A stretch of 64,000 nt of DNA from Lama guanicoe (lineage: Eukaryota), in the NCBI GenBank assembly GCA_013239625.1, contig MU055922.1, positions 8,150,080-8,214,079 on the forward strand, given 5' to 3'. A program made the translations under genes and the position numbers. The notes under the pieces were generated by a model. The model was not told where the DNA came from. It saw only the letters and a list, made by a program, of their open reading frames with translations, and did no database searches. This document shows positions 1 through 15,100 of this stretch, piece after piece (position 1 is the stretch's first letter; the number at the start of each line of letters is the position of its first letter).

Positions 1-364
1 GCAGGAAGCCTGAGAGCGTTCCACGTGTAAAGCACACCTCTGTCTCCACCAGCAGGAAAAACACACGGGGTAGATTTGATTTCCTTCTGTCACTAGCCTT
101 CGTGACTGGTTCCAGTGAGCTCTTGTCCTCACTTTGGGATCAATCTATAGAATCTTTGCAGAATATCTACTTTGGGCAAGGTACTATGCTAGGAGCCTGA
201 TGAAAAGAATTCTGAACTAGAAATATCTCCTGTCTACAGCTACAGAGTTTCTGTTGTCAGCTACAAAAGTTTCCCTAGGAAGTGGCAGAGTGAATTTTTA
301 GAAAGTTAGAATGACCAGAAAATAATGAAGACTTAAAACTGTATTCAAGTGGTTTGGCAACACA

Positions 365-570
365 GCGTAACATGAAAAGCCTGAAGTCCAGCCCTGTTAC
401 TTTCTAGCATTGTGCCCTGGGTCCTCGGGCACATTCACTAATCTTTCTAAGCCTCAGTTTGCTCGTGACTGAAAAGCGCTGTGCTGCGCTAACCAATGGG
501 AAAACGATACATAAAGGGCTCAGTACCGCGCCTGGCTGATGGTGCTCACTTAACAGCATCTCATCACTAT
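365..570 (+). mobile_element. MIR SINE
   Basis: MIR core (aatctttctaagcctcagtttgctc...aaagggctcagtaccgcgcctggctgatggtgctcacttaa). Confidence 0.7.
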
Positions 571-2897
571 TGGCTCTGAAATTAAGGTGCTAACAAGTAT
601 CAAGAACCGGTAAGAAAAGACTGCTTTCAAAGCCCCTAAAAAATGTTTTTAAAAAAAATACCTAAGTTCAAGGCTTGCTAAACTTGAGTGAAACAAGAAT
701 CTTTTATTTTGGAAAAGGGAATAAAAAAGTTAAAAGATGTCAAATTTTAAGTACAATCTGGACTAAAATCATAAAAGGTCTATCTCTTATTATCAAGACG
801 ATCATTAAAGAAAAATCCCAGTCTACTGGGAAACAGTTCTAGGGACCAGGGGCTACTTGCTGAGCTGTCTCCAGTGTCTCCAGCTCGGAGCCTGGAAACA
901 CTAAATAGGACTGTACTGGCTGGTGTTAAAAGGAAGAGACTGCAAACCATATACCCTTTTAAGTGAACCCAAACATTCCGAAATCTAGTCAATAATTGCT
1001 AATTCCAACTACAAAATGCACTTAGATTATGTTTTATGTTTAATTCTCTTTAAAGAGATGGGTCTGCTGCCTTTTACATTACTTGAAGTGCTTGCCAGAC
1101 AACATCCAAGAGCAGTTCCAAGGACTGCTACCTGGGCGGTGCTGCGTCTGGCGGCCACCCACGGCCCCGGGGGCTGCTGGAAAACACGCACCAGCCAGGA
1201 CGCGAGTTCCCCGGCACGCGGCCTTCAACGTTACTTGTGCTGGCTGATGCCTGACCACCCCTTCTCCTCGTTACCCAAATTCAAAACCCCAGGATCGCTT
1301 TCAGTGCTTTCCCTTCTCTAACAGAGAAATGACGCTTGTGTCTCCTGCTCCTCCGCTTTCATTACTACTTATTTGACTTCAGGGCCCTATTTTTTCTCAC
1401 CTGGACTCTGCTGTGGGCCCCTTGCTGCTCTGTGTCTTTGCATCTCCCCACTTGAGTCCCTGCTTCTCACTGGGACAGAGTGCCAGTTATATGTCCCTGG
1501 TCATGCCACTTTCCTCCGGAATAAAATCCAGGCCCCTCAGCCTCTCCCTGAAGACCTTCCTTGAGCTGGGCTCCAAGTCACCTCTGTACTCAAAACTCTT
1601 GCCACACGAAACTGCCTGTCGCTAGCCTGCCTCCCATGCCTTGGCGCATGCTCTTTCCCCCTTTCCACCCTCTCCTCCTCCATCTCCAGATCCCCAACCT
1701 CACCTCATCTTTGAAGCACAAGCCAAATCACCCCTTCTTTCAGGAAGGGATTCCTCATTTCCCACATATAATAAATTCCCTTTTCTCTTATTTATGGGCA
1801 GGATTCACCTCCCCATTCCAAGATTAGCTTTCAGAGGAGAGAAACTGAATGAATTCACCTTTTCCCCCAAAGTACCAAGCCTCACATGTAGCAGGCATTA
1901 AATACACGTGTATCAATTATCATAAAAGAGAGTAAGACAGCTCTGAAGCATTATTTCTAAGCAATCTTCCATAAAGGGACAGAATCCTTATGGAAAGAGG
2001 TTCATAACATACAAAATGAGCCAGTTCCCCAAAAAGCACGAACAGCATTGTTGACAATATTTACATAGGAACAGTGCATCCTCAGTATATTATGATTATT
2101 CCTAGTTGGCAAGATTAAGGGAGATTTCTTTTCTTTGTGCTTTTCTGCACTTTGTTAATTTTCCACAAGGAACATAAGTTTCATTTATAAGCAGAAAAAC
2201 ATATATATACTTTTTTTTAAAGTAAGCATTAGACTTTGAACCCCTCTGTGAGGCAGGAGACCCCAGGGAAATTTCTGGATCAGTAGGAAGCATACGGCGC
2301 CTTAATAATTCTAGAAAACTGGAACTTGAACAGTCCGGTTAGGGTCTTGAGCAACAAGAGTAGTCACAGACATGTCCCAGCATGGCTGGCAGGGACAGGA
2401 GGACACCACTGGAGCTGGAATGAGGGCTTTCTGGGACCCTCCGGTGTTGGGACCAGAAGCATCCTCAAGGAGAGGAAGCCCCCATTGAAAGATCACTTTA
2501 AGGTTCACAACAGGGGGTATCTTACTAGCACTGGCCTCTGTCGGGTGAGGCCATATGGCCACGAGGGGAAAAGGGATCCCATGTTCTCTGCTGTGACAGC
2601 AAAGGACACTGGGATCTCCTAGCTTTCGCCATTTAATACAATCACTAAACTTTAGTCCCTTGGGAAAGTGGCAAATATTACTAGTGTGATCTGTTGGAAA
2701 TTAGCTTCTGAGTAGGGCAGAGACAGGATCCCAGTGGTAATAAGATCCCTTGTTCCTCTAAATCTATCACACACTGTAAATAACCAGCAGATTGCTTTGC
2801 TCAGTTAAACTTTCCGTGTTATCAGCGAGCATGTCCAACCCCTGTCTCTTTCAGAGGAGAAAATAAGCCAACAGATTTATTCAGCGCAGTGCAGTCA

Positions 2898-3080
<183 letters not shown>

Positions 3081-4254
3081 CTAGAAAGAGTAAGAATGAG
3101 AAACACCAAGACCCAGTCAAAATCTTAATAAATTTCCACGCACATCCATATTCAACTCTGCCTGATTCACAGTCAACAATGTAAACAACTCAACTGTATA
3201 GTTTTCCCACTGAAGATGCGTGTTGATCATCTGGAAAACATAATCATCTCCAGAGATACAGAAATCTTACTTTCTTCTTTCTTTCCTATAATGTGTAAGA
3301 CACGTGAGCAATCCTACTGTAAAACTGCTTATGCTTACTGCTTCATAACTACATGGTTGCATGAGTGTCCACTCAGAAGCTGTCTTCATCCTTGTGAGAG
3401 TCTAAAACAAAACATCAGGGCAACATGGCACATACTCTGATGCTCTGTGATAAATTACTGAGATAAGATGTGGGGCCACCTTCTTCATGGTCCCCTATGG
3501 ACACTGCTGTTACATCTCTGGGGGCAGGAACAGGAGGCTTTGGGGACTGAAGTCAGAAAAGGATGGAGGAAGATAAGAACTCGAGGTGAGGAGATTCAGG
3601 GACTTAAAAAACAGCGACTTTCGAAGAACACATAATGCAGGTACTTGGTACAGGCACAGATATACTAAATTATAAATGCTAAACTGAAAACCACAGTTAT
3701 TTCTGTGGTCTGGCAGCTCTAGAATTCTAGGTATAGAAAAAGGTTAAGGCAATAAAAAAGCTCAGGGGCCACCAGATAAAAAAGAAAGGATTCAATTCTC
3801 CCAAGTTGTTGACCAAACAAACAGAACTCTGGTTAATCTTTAAATAATCAGGAAAAAAAACCCAGGGGATTTCTGCTCTGCAGCGTCTCAGATGATGACT
3901 GGCGTATACTCCACACAGATTCACAAATTACTGCAATTTACACGTGGTCTTTTGATTATTAGATTTCTGAATCCCTTCATGTTTGCTACATTCTACAATT
4001 CTAAGAGCAATTTGTAGGTTATACTGATTCAAACTTAGTTGTTTGTATTGATCTCTGTTCTCTGTCTCACATAGTTCAAGGATGTCAACCATACCCTCCC
4101 CGCCTCCTGAGATAAGGCCCCACTGACTCAGGGCAGACTTAGCTGGGGCTTTGAGCAGATTCACTTAATTTCTGTAAGCTGTGGTTTACTCATCTGATAA
4201 ATGAGGAGAATTATCTCTATCTCAAAAGGGAACCACAACAATTGAAACAGGATA

Positions 4255-4292
4255 TACACACATACATAAACACACACACACACACACACACA
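4255..4292. repeat. (CA)n microsatellite
   Basis: Direct CA run. Confidence 0.9.
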
Positions 4293-5316
4293 GGACGGGG
4301 GTGGGGGTGTGAAGCATGGATTAATTTCATTTGCTAATAGCTTCATTCTTTACCTAAAGTACTGAAGCGGGCCCCAAAAAAGCAGGACGTAAAGAAACAA
4401 GCAAAACCCTCAGAGGACCTGGAGCAAACTGGATAATCAGCCCCTGAAAATTTTTGAGTACGTAAAAAGAAAATAATCTTGATCCTGGGTAATCGCCAAG
4501 ACTCATTTCATCATTTTTCAAAAGAATAAATAAATAAAAATCATGGGATACTTTTTATAAACCCCGGAAGGTGCTAAACGACACCTCTCTTCACTGGTAA
4601 CATTATGGGAACTTTTCCTGGTTGCTTGGATGTCGGTCTTTGAAATGCACTGCGTTCTGTTTTATATTTAGTAATATTGATGTCTCTGAATGAAACTCAT
4701 TAAAGTAAATGAGCTGATCATGCCGGGCCCCGGCTGGCTGAGATGGAGAGCACGGGCGAGGCGGCCCGCTCCTCCTCAGGGAAGCGGGAAGCTTGGACTC
4801 CTTGGGCCCAGAGCCCCCTCCTGTCACCTCTCGGGCTCCTTGGCAATGGCAGAGTCCTCCAGCTGACCAGCCTCACATGCCACCTGAAGACTGTAGGTGC
4901 TAACTCCAACGCTGGTCCCCAAGACGTTCTTTTTATTCTCCCAGAGAGTAAGACTGGAGCGCTCTGCCAGGAGCGACGATGCTCCCTCTTCTAAGGCATG
5001 AATCAGGGAAATTAAATGGGACTGACGGAGGCAACGCCCAGCAGAGATCTGTGCAGGCTTTCAGTTAACAACCCTCAGAAACCACTTCAGGGAAGTCAGT
5101 TATCTTGGAGATACGACACGAAATCTGCAGATCTGTCAAAGCTCCTGGATCACGATTCCGAGTTCCTAAACTTAGAGAAAATTTAACACTCTTGCTGAGA
5201 CATCTCAGTAAAGGCAAATTCCTAAAACCTGTTCAAGGGTAGAAATGCTGCCTCCTCTTCGAATACTCTTCCAGAGAAATGACTCAGTGCTACTCACGTG
5301 TACGGCTTCAACATCA

Positions 5317-5649
<333 letters not shown>

Positions 5650-5654
5650 TCACT

Positions 5655-5835
5655 GAATGCCAATGAGGTACTGGGCACTTGGCACACATCATGCTAATCC
5701 TCACGACAAAAATTATTTCCCAGATAACGGTCAGGAGGTTTGGAGAGATTAAATAACCTGGCTGGGAAACATGTCTAAGATCAGAGCCTCGATCTTGATT
5801 CAGATTCAAGTGGCACCAGCGCCCGGGCTCCTTCT
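5655..5835 (-). mobile_element. MIR SINE
   Basis: gtactgggcactt...gagattaaataacctg pattern of a reversed MIR. Confidence 0.55.
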
Positions 5836-8800
5836 AAAGACTTCCTCCACATTCTCAGAAGTCACAACAGCTCTCACTCTGAGACTGTGTGACGGACTGG
5901 ATGATGGGGTGGAGCCTCATATGGAAGCTTCTGACTGGTGGTGCATAGGGTGGGTTCAGAGAAGACAAGCAGAGGGTGACCATGGACCACAGTTAGGTGA
6001 GAAGATTCTAAGACCAGCTGAGGTTACCTGGCCCATCGGGCTGCTCACAACAGCAGTGAGAACAGTAAGGAGAAATTAAGACCAAAAGACGCATGAGACA
6101 GCCAGCCATGAGGAAAACTGAAGGATGTCCCAGGAATCCAGGCAGAAAAGACCAGATTCCCAGAATGGCCAAGAAAAGTTAGGAAAGAGTACTCTGCTCA
6201 TAATTTGGATACAGAACCAAAATTCACTACGGAAGCACTCGTGTGTGCAACTTAGTTATTAACACGTGAGCGTGTCACACTTGAGGGCCCTTACCTCACA
6301 CTTCAAGTTCACTTCTGCAGTGCAGCGCGGTCTGAGCCCCGTCCCACTCACCCCATCTACGTCAGTCCCCCACCCCATCTACACTCAGATTTCCCTTGAT
6401 AACACGATCTGTAATGACACACTGCGCGATTTATTTGCCTTGCCCACTCAACTTCAAGCTCTGGGGGGCAAGAACCCTCTCTCCTTTGTTCATCGCTGTA
6501 TCATACCCCCAGTCCTGGGCACAGAGCAGGTGCACCACAGCTATTCAGTGGGTGAAGGGATGTGCTTCTCCAAGTCACGGAGAAGGAGACCGGGCAGAGG
6601 GGGCCCAGATGAGTTCAGCAGGGAAACTAGTGACACAGGAGAGGCAGCTATCTGAAGAAGCCATCCCTGGCCGACAGCAGCAAAACGCTGTCCAAGTAGT
6701 TGTGAAAACTGGCCAGGTGGCCTTCTGTCTGTGTTTCGCCGTATGTCCCGCGTGTCCAGATGGCCAGGCCAGCGCAGTCTGCTGAGTCCTGGCAGAGAAA
6801 CTGCATTCGAGCTTCCCTGTTCTGTCTTTCAGCTCCTGAGACCCCACATCCCAGTGCTCAGAGCTCTGCTTTCAGATACTTTGGAACCGTCGGGTAGTGA
6901 GAGTGAAAAAGTCCCTTTTAAAGACTCTAAACTTTGGTCCGATACGTTAGATTTTAGGGAGTAAATCTACACAGCAAAAAGGCACCCTAAAAGTAGAGGT
7001 GGGCATCAAAAAACGCAACATGTTGCAAGTCAAGTTTTAATAAACTGTAGATGATGGAACCCCAAAACTGCGAACTCCAGAGCGTCAAGCAAGATGACAA
7101 GTCACTCACGGAGTGGGAGATCCTCCCCAGAGTCTCTCACGGACGGTCTTCGTGTGGCGAACCAAGAGCAGCTGTCCTGACGGCTTCAGTGTTCTTAAAA
7201 ATCTTACCAAGCCTGTCCCCCTGTAACGGCAGCCCCCTGGTTAAAGTTCCACCCCAGAACATCTGAGCAACAGCCCTGCTAAAACAGAAGGCTGCAATTT
7301 AACCTCCCCTTGGCGCACCCTCAGCAATTTCCATTTTTTGAAGAGAACAGTCCTTTTCTAATACACATCATGACACTCCGAAACAAAAGTTCTCTAAGTT
7401 TGGTCTTGAGGAGAGATTCACCCAAACTATGAGCCTTCTGTAAGCTTCTGAACAGTCGATGCCATCCTGACATTCAGTAACAAGCTTCTGGGATTCTAGA
7501 GAGCGTCTAGGTGTTGTATAGTTTTAGAAATGTCTGTAAAAAACAAAAAAAAAAAAGAGGAAAAAAACCTCACTTCCCTTAAAACATTTTTAACAAACAC
7601 TTGAGTATTTATGATGAGAGGACCTATTAGTTTTATTTATACATTTTCTGTTGCTCATGCTTTACTCAGCCACGGTAGGGCAAACTTCTTCTGTCTCTGT
7701 TTCCAGCATCTGCAGACATGGGTCCACGTGGGTCCCGCATCGGAGGAGTCCCAGGAAGGAGCCCCCGGAATTTCTCCTCCAGGCTGACCAGCGAAGTCGG
7801 AGTAATTCTTTCGCTCATCAAAACAGAACCAGATCTGAATCAACCTGGTTCTCCTTCTAAAAATGGGCTTCTGGGTCTCTGTACAGGCAACCTCTCTACC
7901 TCACTTTAGTAGAAATCATCTTTAATGTTACAGGACTCTCCAGGAACATAATACTAAACAGATTAGATCCTCAAATTCCATCCTGGAACTCAAATTATAA
8001 AACCCTCACGGTAATTTGATGAGACGGAGGAGGCCACTGTCATTACTGCCTTCTCATCACTTACCGACATCTTATAATGCCTTACTGATATGAAAACTTC
8101 TGCTTCCTAACACTGCCATGACACTCACACGAGAGAAACACGCACTGCAGTTTGTGATTAAGTCATGAGCCAATGGAGAACCTGCTCAGAAAGGCCGAGC
8201 TCCAACATCAAGGCTGAGGGCTTTCAGAAGAGATTTCTCAAAGTCGCCAAGCCAGCTGTTCCACTTACAACAGAACAGAAGACGGTGCCCCTCACGCTGC
8301 ACGCGCCCCGCGTGGTCAGGAGGGGGGCCCGGCTGCAGCGGGAAACGGTGGGAAGAAAAAGAACGGGAAGGGCCTGGAAGCAGGGAGCAGCAGAGACTGC
8401 GATGGAGACGTTGTATCTTTTTTCACTTCCAAACCCTGAGGAGTCCTTACTTAAAGAGTCTGAGGGAGGGCAAGTTGTCAGAAGAGAAGGCTCTGTCCCA
8501 GAGAAAAGGGACGAGCCGCTGGCGCCCAGGGAGCCTGAAGCCAGCGCTGAACGGCAAGGGTCAGAGACCACTTACTTCTCCAAAGTACCTCTTCCCTAAT
8601 TAGTGCTTGTTTGCTTTACATATTGTCTCACATACAGTCTGCTTCCATGTTTGTTTAATGTTTGCCAACATTTTGCTATTTTAATCGAGAGATCTGATTT
8701 TGATAAACTGGGAACGGAGAAGTCGTGGGCAGACTGGGTGAAGGCGGGCGAAGCGGCCCTTCCGCCCTCAGGTGAGGCCCTTCCTTGAGGGCCGGGGGCA

Positions 8801-9003
8801 GGACACCTGAACCGTGGGACAGTTGTGACGGGCAGATAAACCCGCCTCTGCAGAAACTGCAGAGTCAGATGTGAGGACAGGAGGTGCATGAAATAGCAAT
8901 TTTCACTCTTTCATCTTCATAATAAGCTTCAACAGGCAGGAGCCAGGTCTTAACTACTTTTTTAAAAAGAGAGAAGTACGGAGGGTAGAAATAAAAGAGA
9001 AGG

Positions 9004-9440
9004 AACACTGGAGGTCGTCATTCTAAGTGAGGTAAGCCAGGAAGAGAAGGAAGAATGTATGCTGTCACTTACACGTGGAATCTAAAAAAAGAAAAACACA
9101 AACAAACAAAAGACACAAATGAACCTACAAAACTGAGACAGATTCAAAGGCAGAGAACAAACTCATGGTCACCAGGGGGTAAAGCGGGTGGGAAGGGACA
9201 CACTGGGAATTCGAGATTTGCAGATACTAACTACTATATGTAAAACAGACAAACAACAAGTTTCTCCTGTACAGCACAGGGAGCTATATTCACCGTCTTG
9301 CAGTAACTCATAATGAAAACGAATCCAAAAAGGAACATATGTCTGTGTATGTATGACTGAAGCATGGTGCTGTACGCCAGACATTGACACAACACTGTGA
9401 ACTGACTGTATGTCAATTAAAAAAAAGAGAGAGAGAGAGA
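9004..9440 (+). mobile_element. L1 3' end, relatively young cetartiodactyl/camelid type, with A/GA tail
   Basis: ctaagtgaggtaagccag...tgtacagcacagggagctatattca...aactgactgtatgtcaattaaaaaaaa; possible TSD aaaagagaa. Confidence 0.9.
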
Positions 9441-10124
9441 AAAGAGAAAGTATAAATGAAGGAATGAAGGAATCTCTTCTTCAGGGACTGGCCTCGTATT
9501 TCCATGAGGGACCCAGGGACTCAGTAATCACTTATTTCAGGAGTTCCTTAATAATCATTCCAGACCAATCCACAAAATAGATTTTTTTGGTGATGAAACA
9601 GTTTTTTAAATAATGTATTTTTTTTCTGATCTTTAAAAAGTTATAAGATATATTGTTACTTAACCAAGCATGGTTAAGAAATTTACGATCTTCTTAAAAG
9701 ATAAAGAATTGAAAAAATAAAAGTATAAAGATGAATATAAAAATTAGATTTACTCTTATCACACAAAGATACTTAGCAGTAACATTTTGATATATTTCCT
9801 TGTAGGCTTTTTTCCCATCAGGGTATAGCCCAGCCTTCTTTCCTATGGGATGGCACTATGCCAGCCCAAATCCCTTGTAATTTAGATGCAAATGTTATAC
9901 ACAGATAAATTTAATGTTTTAAAAAATATTATATCATCATCTTCCCATTGTTTTTTAAAATGATTCCAAAAGGATATTTTACAGACATACTTTCATTCTC
10001 TCCTTCTATTGGACATACACATTATTTCTATTTTTAATTCTTTTAAGTAACACCTCAGTAAACAACTTTGTACATATATTTCTGACCAAATCTCTATTTT
10101 TTTTTAGAATAGCTTTCCAAGTCA

Positions 10125-10265
10125 GAGTATATTTCCTCATTTATAAAATGGAAGATTAAAATACCTGCTTAATGGAGTCATTAGGAAGATTAAATGAGAC
10201 AATGCTTAGGAACCGTTTACACAACCTGCTTGGTGCATAGTGGATACTCAGTAAATATTTAATCC
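10125..10265 (+). mobile_element. MIR SINE
   Basis: tttcctcatttataaaatgg...gaagattaaatgagacaatgc core. Confidence 0.75.
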
Positions 10266-10404
10266 ATTATTTTTGCAACCTCTTAAAGGCTTGATATGTA
10301 CCAAATACATTTCCCACATGATTTTCAATTTATAACTCTCTCTGCCTTATTTCACTGCATCCCCACTGGGCCTAACTGCTTAAAACTTTTTCGTCCTTCC
10401 CGTT

Positions 10405-10505
10405 TTGCTGGGATATAACTGACACGCAGCACTGTGTAAATTTAAGGTGGACAACATAATGATTTGACTTTCATGCATCATGGAACGGTTACCACAATAG
10501 AGTTA
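10405..10505 (-). mobile_element. Short L1 3' end
   Basis: gatataactgacac...actgtgtaaatttaaggtg; the same motif recurs at about 47428-47475. Confidence 0.7.
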
Positions 10506-11981
10506 ATGTAAACCTGTTTTCATTTGGCTAGCTATCTTAAGAAAACTACTGATGGATAAAGTATTCAAAATGGCAGAATCGGGTGTCAGCCAAGGCCATT
10601 TGGAAAGCTAACATGGAACCCAAAATGTCATTCTGTCCTGAGTCACCACTATGGTCTCGTTACTACAGAAATACAACAGCTGAGGTCAGGCTGGGTGTGG
10701 CCCTGTTGAATGGGGACCCCTCTGCCTTCTTCGGTTCTGAGTCTCTGAGTCACACACCTGTCACACCGCCTCTGACAACCTGACGCAGCTGGCGAAGCGG
10801 GGTTTGTGGTTAAAGGGCCAGTGCCCGCCCTCCACCACAGGGCTGCCGCTGCTGTCTGCTACATCCTGTGTCCCAAGCAGCACGGTTTTTGTTTTTGAGC
10901 TTCCTGGCCTCTCCCTTCAGCACTGTTTTCCTCAACAGCAGTGTAATCTCCCATCTTACTGTGGTTTAAACTTCCAGGCTGCAAAATTAGCTGTTCACGT
11001 GGGGAAAAGGAGTTGTGGCGAGGACCATTTTTAAACATCAACGTTCAATTTTAAACATCCAATTATACCTGTATTATTAATGGATTTGTATTTTAAATAT
11101 TGTCAGCGCACAGTGGGAGCCCAGGCCATGCCTCTTTCACAGGTCCAACAGCCCGAGGCCTCATTGTTCTGACCCTATTCACTTTCTAGAAGTCAGAAAA
11201 CAGAGTGATGTTTTTAAATCTGCACAAGATTCCTTCTTATATTGTCAATTATTTCCAGAGATCCTAACAAAAGAAAAACAGGAAGTCCTAAAGCTGTCAG
11301 GACCGTCGGAAAGGACAAGGAAGTTGAACAATTAAGGGGCTTCCTAGAAACGAAGCTAACGTGCACTGAACACGTACTTCCATAGTTTTTTCCCTCGTTT
11401 AATTCTCACATCATCCCTATCGGGTAGACACTTTCTAAAACCTATAGGCAGGTTAAGAATTGCCCTGGGTCACATGATGAGTGAGCACTGATGCCAGGAT
11501 TCATATACCAGCGATCTTGACTCTCAGCCACTAGAATGCCTGTGGATCCACTACTAGGAATATCTCAATGTACATACTTCATATAAAATCCTCACAGTTA
11601 CTGTAGATGAGAATTCTTTGCAGAACACAAAGTACAGTGCCTACAAATGTTAGGTATCTGTATCCTCTTGGTGACTGATATTCTCAGGTAACTATGCTGG
11701 CAGCCCTTGGCTTAGGAAAAGTGCAGATTACGAACACCAGAAAAGCTCAGAGGTATTAAAAGAAAAAAGTATGTTGCACATGCTGCTTGGAAAGGACTCA
11801 AACCTGTCTCAAAGGCTTGCGTTTTCTTCCGTCTCCAATTAGCACAAGCAGTCCCCTTCCCGCCACACAGTTCACCCATTTAGCAGCTCACTCAGTGCCG
11901 AGGGCAGAGCAAGCCCTTGTGGGGCTGTTCTGAGAGCCTCTTGGTCCTTGCCCCTGAGGGGGTCATCACAGTCTAGTCTTA

Positions 11982-12152
<171 letters not shown>

Positions 12153-15100
12153 TTAGTGCCTGGACATACTATCAGAAGCCAGTGGAGCTGTGAGGAAAAA
12201 CAAGCAACAACAACAACAAGAGAGTGAACTTCGGAAGGTGTAAGAAGGAGAAGGCGCAGGTGGCACGGGAAGGCAGGACTGCTGTCGGGGAAACAACAGT
12301 GGGTTAAGCGAGCGGTGCAGGTGCGGAACTCGACCCGGTGAAACTTACAGCTGTCTCGGAAGCCCCCAGACAGGAGTGCATCATAAGAACCGTGCCACAA
12401 AAAGCAAGATTTCCAAACACACCCCCAGTCCTCTGAGGCTTTCCTATAGACCTAGAACACAGATACAGGCAGTTCTTTGTTTGAAACATGCGCAGTGATC
12501 CCACCCTTGACCTCAAGGCACGACACAGGAGAGATGGAAGTGGGGAAACCGCTAGGCATTTCTTCAAATTGTTTTTCCCATATCAGGGTTCAAATTGGTC
12601 GAGTATGTTTAAGCATATGGTTTTATTTTGTTTCACTATCAACTGACTTTTTCATTCTTTGGCTAAGACTATATGTATTGTTCTGAACACCAATTTTTGT
12701 GTTAAAACAACAATTCTTATGATAATGTCTCTAAATGTTTGCTTTCTTTTTTTTTTTTAACTTCAGATTAAAAGATTCTGGGTAAAATATATTACTGAGC
12801 TGTTTCCGCCCCCACCCCACCCCGCCTTGAACTCCCAAGGGAAAAAAATCTGAAACAGTTATATGATAAAAGCAAGTCACTCATTCTTACGAAGCAAGGA
12901 CTCCCCTTCACTAGCCGTTATGACCAGTGTACATTCACAGCTATTTTCCGAATGGCAATTTGGTGTCTTCCATTCCAAAGCATCTTTGCTACTGTTAGCA
13001 GTCACAGAAGGTTCAAAAGAGAGCTGACAGGAAAGACATCAATGTGCTGAGACCTTCCTGTTTTTCAGATTTATACTCCTAACAGTGTTTTCTGCAAGGA
13101 TGGCAAAAACTTAGACAAAGCAGTGTTCCCCAAGCAGAAGACAAACCTGTGTACGCCCTGGCAGATAGTGTACCAGAGCATCCTGGAGTGGAGGGGGAGG
13201 GGAGGCTGGGGATTTTATCTGCTATAGAACAACATGGAGTTTGTTATATAGAAAGAAGGAAACCTAATTTCTTTTTGCTTTTCTTTTTTTTATTAAAGAA
13301 GGGCTAAGAAACAGATGGTAAGGGCAAAGCTTGAGATTTTCCTGGAGGCAGAAGATCCAAAAACAGGGCCAGCAGGGAAGCCAAAGGATGCACCTACACT
13401 TTGACTCTAGGCAGCCAACAGGGCCCATTTCTATATTTTCCTTTGGAAAAGGTAGACTGGATAGTTGGGGACAGTCAAAACATTTTTGCAAAAGAGATCT
13501 GCTAAAAAAGAAAAAAAAACCCAAATCACTTAATTTTTAAATGAATTAAAGATTTCCATACAGTGTTAAAATATAAGTGAAAAATATCTCACGACAGAAG
13601 AAATGCTTGTGCTACCTCATAGGAAAAAAAAGACAAGTAATGGGAAAATTCCATTTTCATAATAACATAAATAACGTTAACTGCGGGTAATGGATAATTT
13701 TTATTGTTGTCTTAGTGCTTTCAAAACATTTCCAAGTGTTTGAAGTTTAAAAAGTTCTTTAAAAAATAAAAAGCAATTCAGAATTTCAATTTCATTGGAA
13801 AGAATAAAATGCCAAAGTCACAGTTTTTTAAAAATCCACTCCTTTTGGTAGCTCATATTCTATGGGAAACCACAGTGGACTTTCCTCTGTGACCAAGGTA
13901 CAACGTAACCCCTTAATAGTGCTGACTTGCCAGGAACCCTTTCCTAAGATATTCCTGAAAAGATAGCAAATGTATTTGTAGAGGCAAATTATACTCATCA
14001 AATCCTCCATCTATAGAACATCTACCCTCTCACAGAAGCATAATAAAAGCGGAAACTAAAATATAAAAAAACCTAGAGTGTCTAGAGCTGAATCTTTCAA
14101 TCTTTGCTGAAGCAATCCAGATTCGAGCAGAGGCTAGACATTAGTCTTCCATTCTGATACATCTAATACCTCTTTTTGTGGAACCAATTTACATACTCAA
14201 ACACGTAGCTTCAAAAAAAAAATGGTTCAGAAACTTTTCCAATAAATTTCCTCCTTGCCAGGGACAAGCAGCAATACTCAGCACAGTTTCATCAGAACCT
14301 ATTTCATAAGGCAGAGTGTTTAGGCAGGGAAGAGATTTTTCTCATTTCTTGATGAATCTCTTCAAAAGAGACTGTGATAAGGCTGTTCCAATACCTACTC
14401 CTGAGCTAAGTGCCCTGTTTCTACTGAATGTGTACTTGCAGTTCTCTAAGGGACAGAGAGCTCCCTCAGCTCTTTACTTCCACTGCATTAATTTGGCACA
14501 AGTGAAAATGCTGCAGCTACCAGTTTTTCAGGTTACAGTGACACATGCTTAGAAGCGAGTTAAAACAACCTTCAGGTAGTCAGACAATGCTAGTGGAAAA
14601 GCACTCTGTTCAAAGTACTTTAAAAAAAAAAAGGCATCAGGTGGGTACTTCATTATTGATTAGAGATAAATGAATGATGGGTTATATTACTTAATACCAG
14701 AAATTGACATAAGCTCGGCTGAAACTTGACTGGTAACTTCCCATTACAATGACTGTCGCAACCCGAACCTCTCCTCGGAGACACAGACACGTAGCTAAGG
14801 CGGTGGGGGTGGACAGGAAAAGATCTGGGAGAAATTATGAGTGTCCAAGGGTCCATAAAAAGCAAAATAGCCTGGGGGCACTGGATTTTTGCTGTAGCAA
14901 GAAGCTTCAGTTCAGTGTCTGCGAAGCAAGCAGCACAGTGGGGAGTGTGACTCCTGCTCTGCACTCACAGACATTTGGGAAAGCAAGCTCCGGGGCCAAA
15001 AATGCAGTATCATCCTCCAAAGTATGCACCCTGGGGGCGGCAACGTGTCCTCGGGAGTCCTCCAGTGCCCCAGAGTACTACGGTGAGGCACTGCTACTGA

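Noticed and set aside
780-992. Minus-strand ORF as the next RABGAP1L exon
   Set aside because: It does not encode the expected ICSQL... peptide, so that exon must lie outside the window.
8165-8599. Overlapping opposite-strand ORFs (144 aa and 115 aa)
   Set aside because: Expected in GC-rich sequence; no homology recognised and no supporting exon structure.
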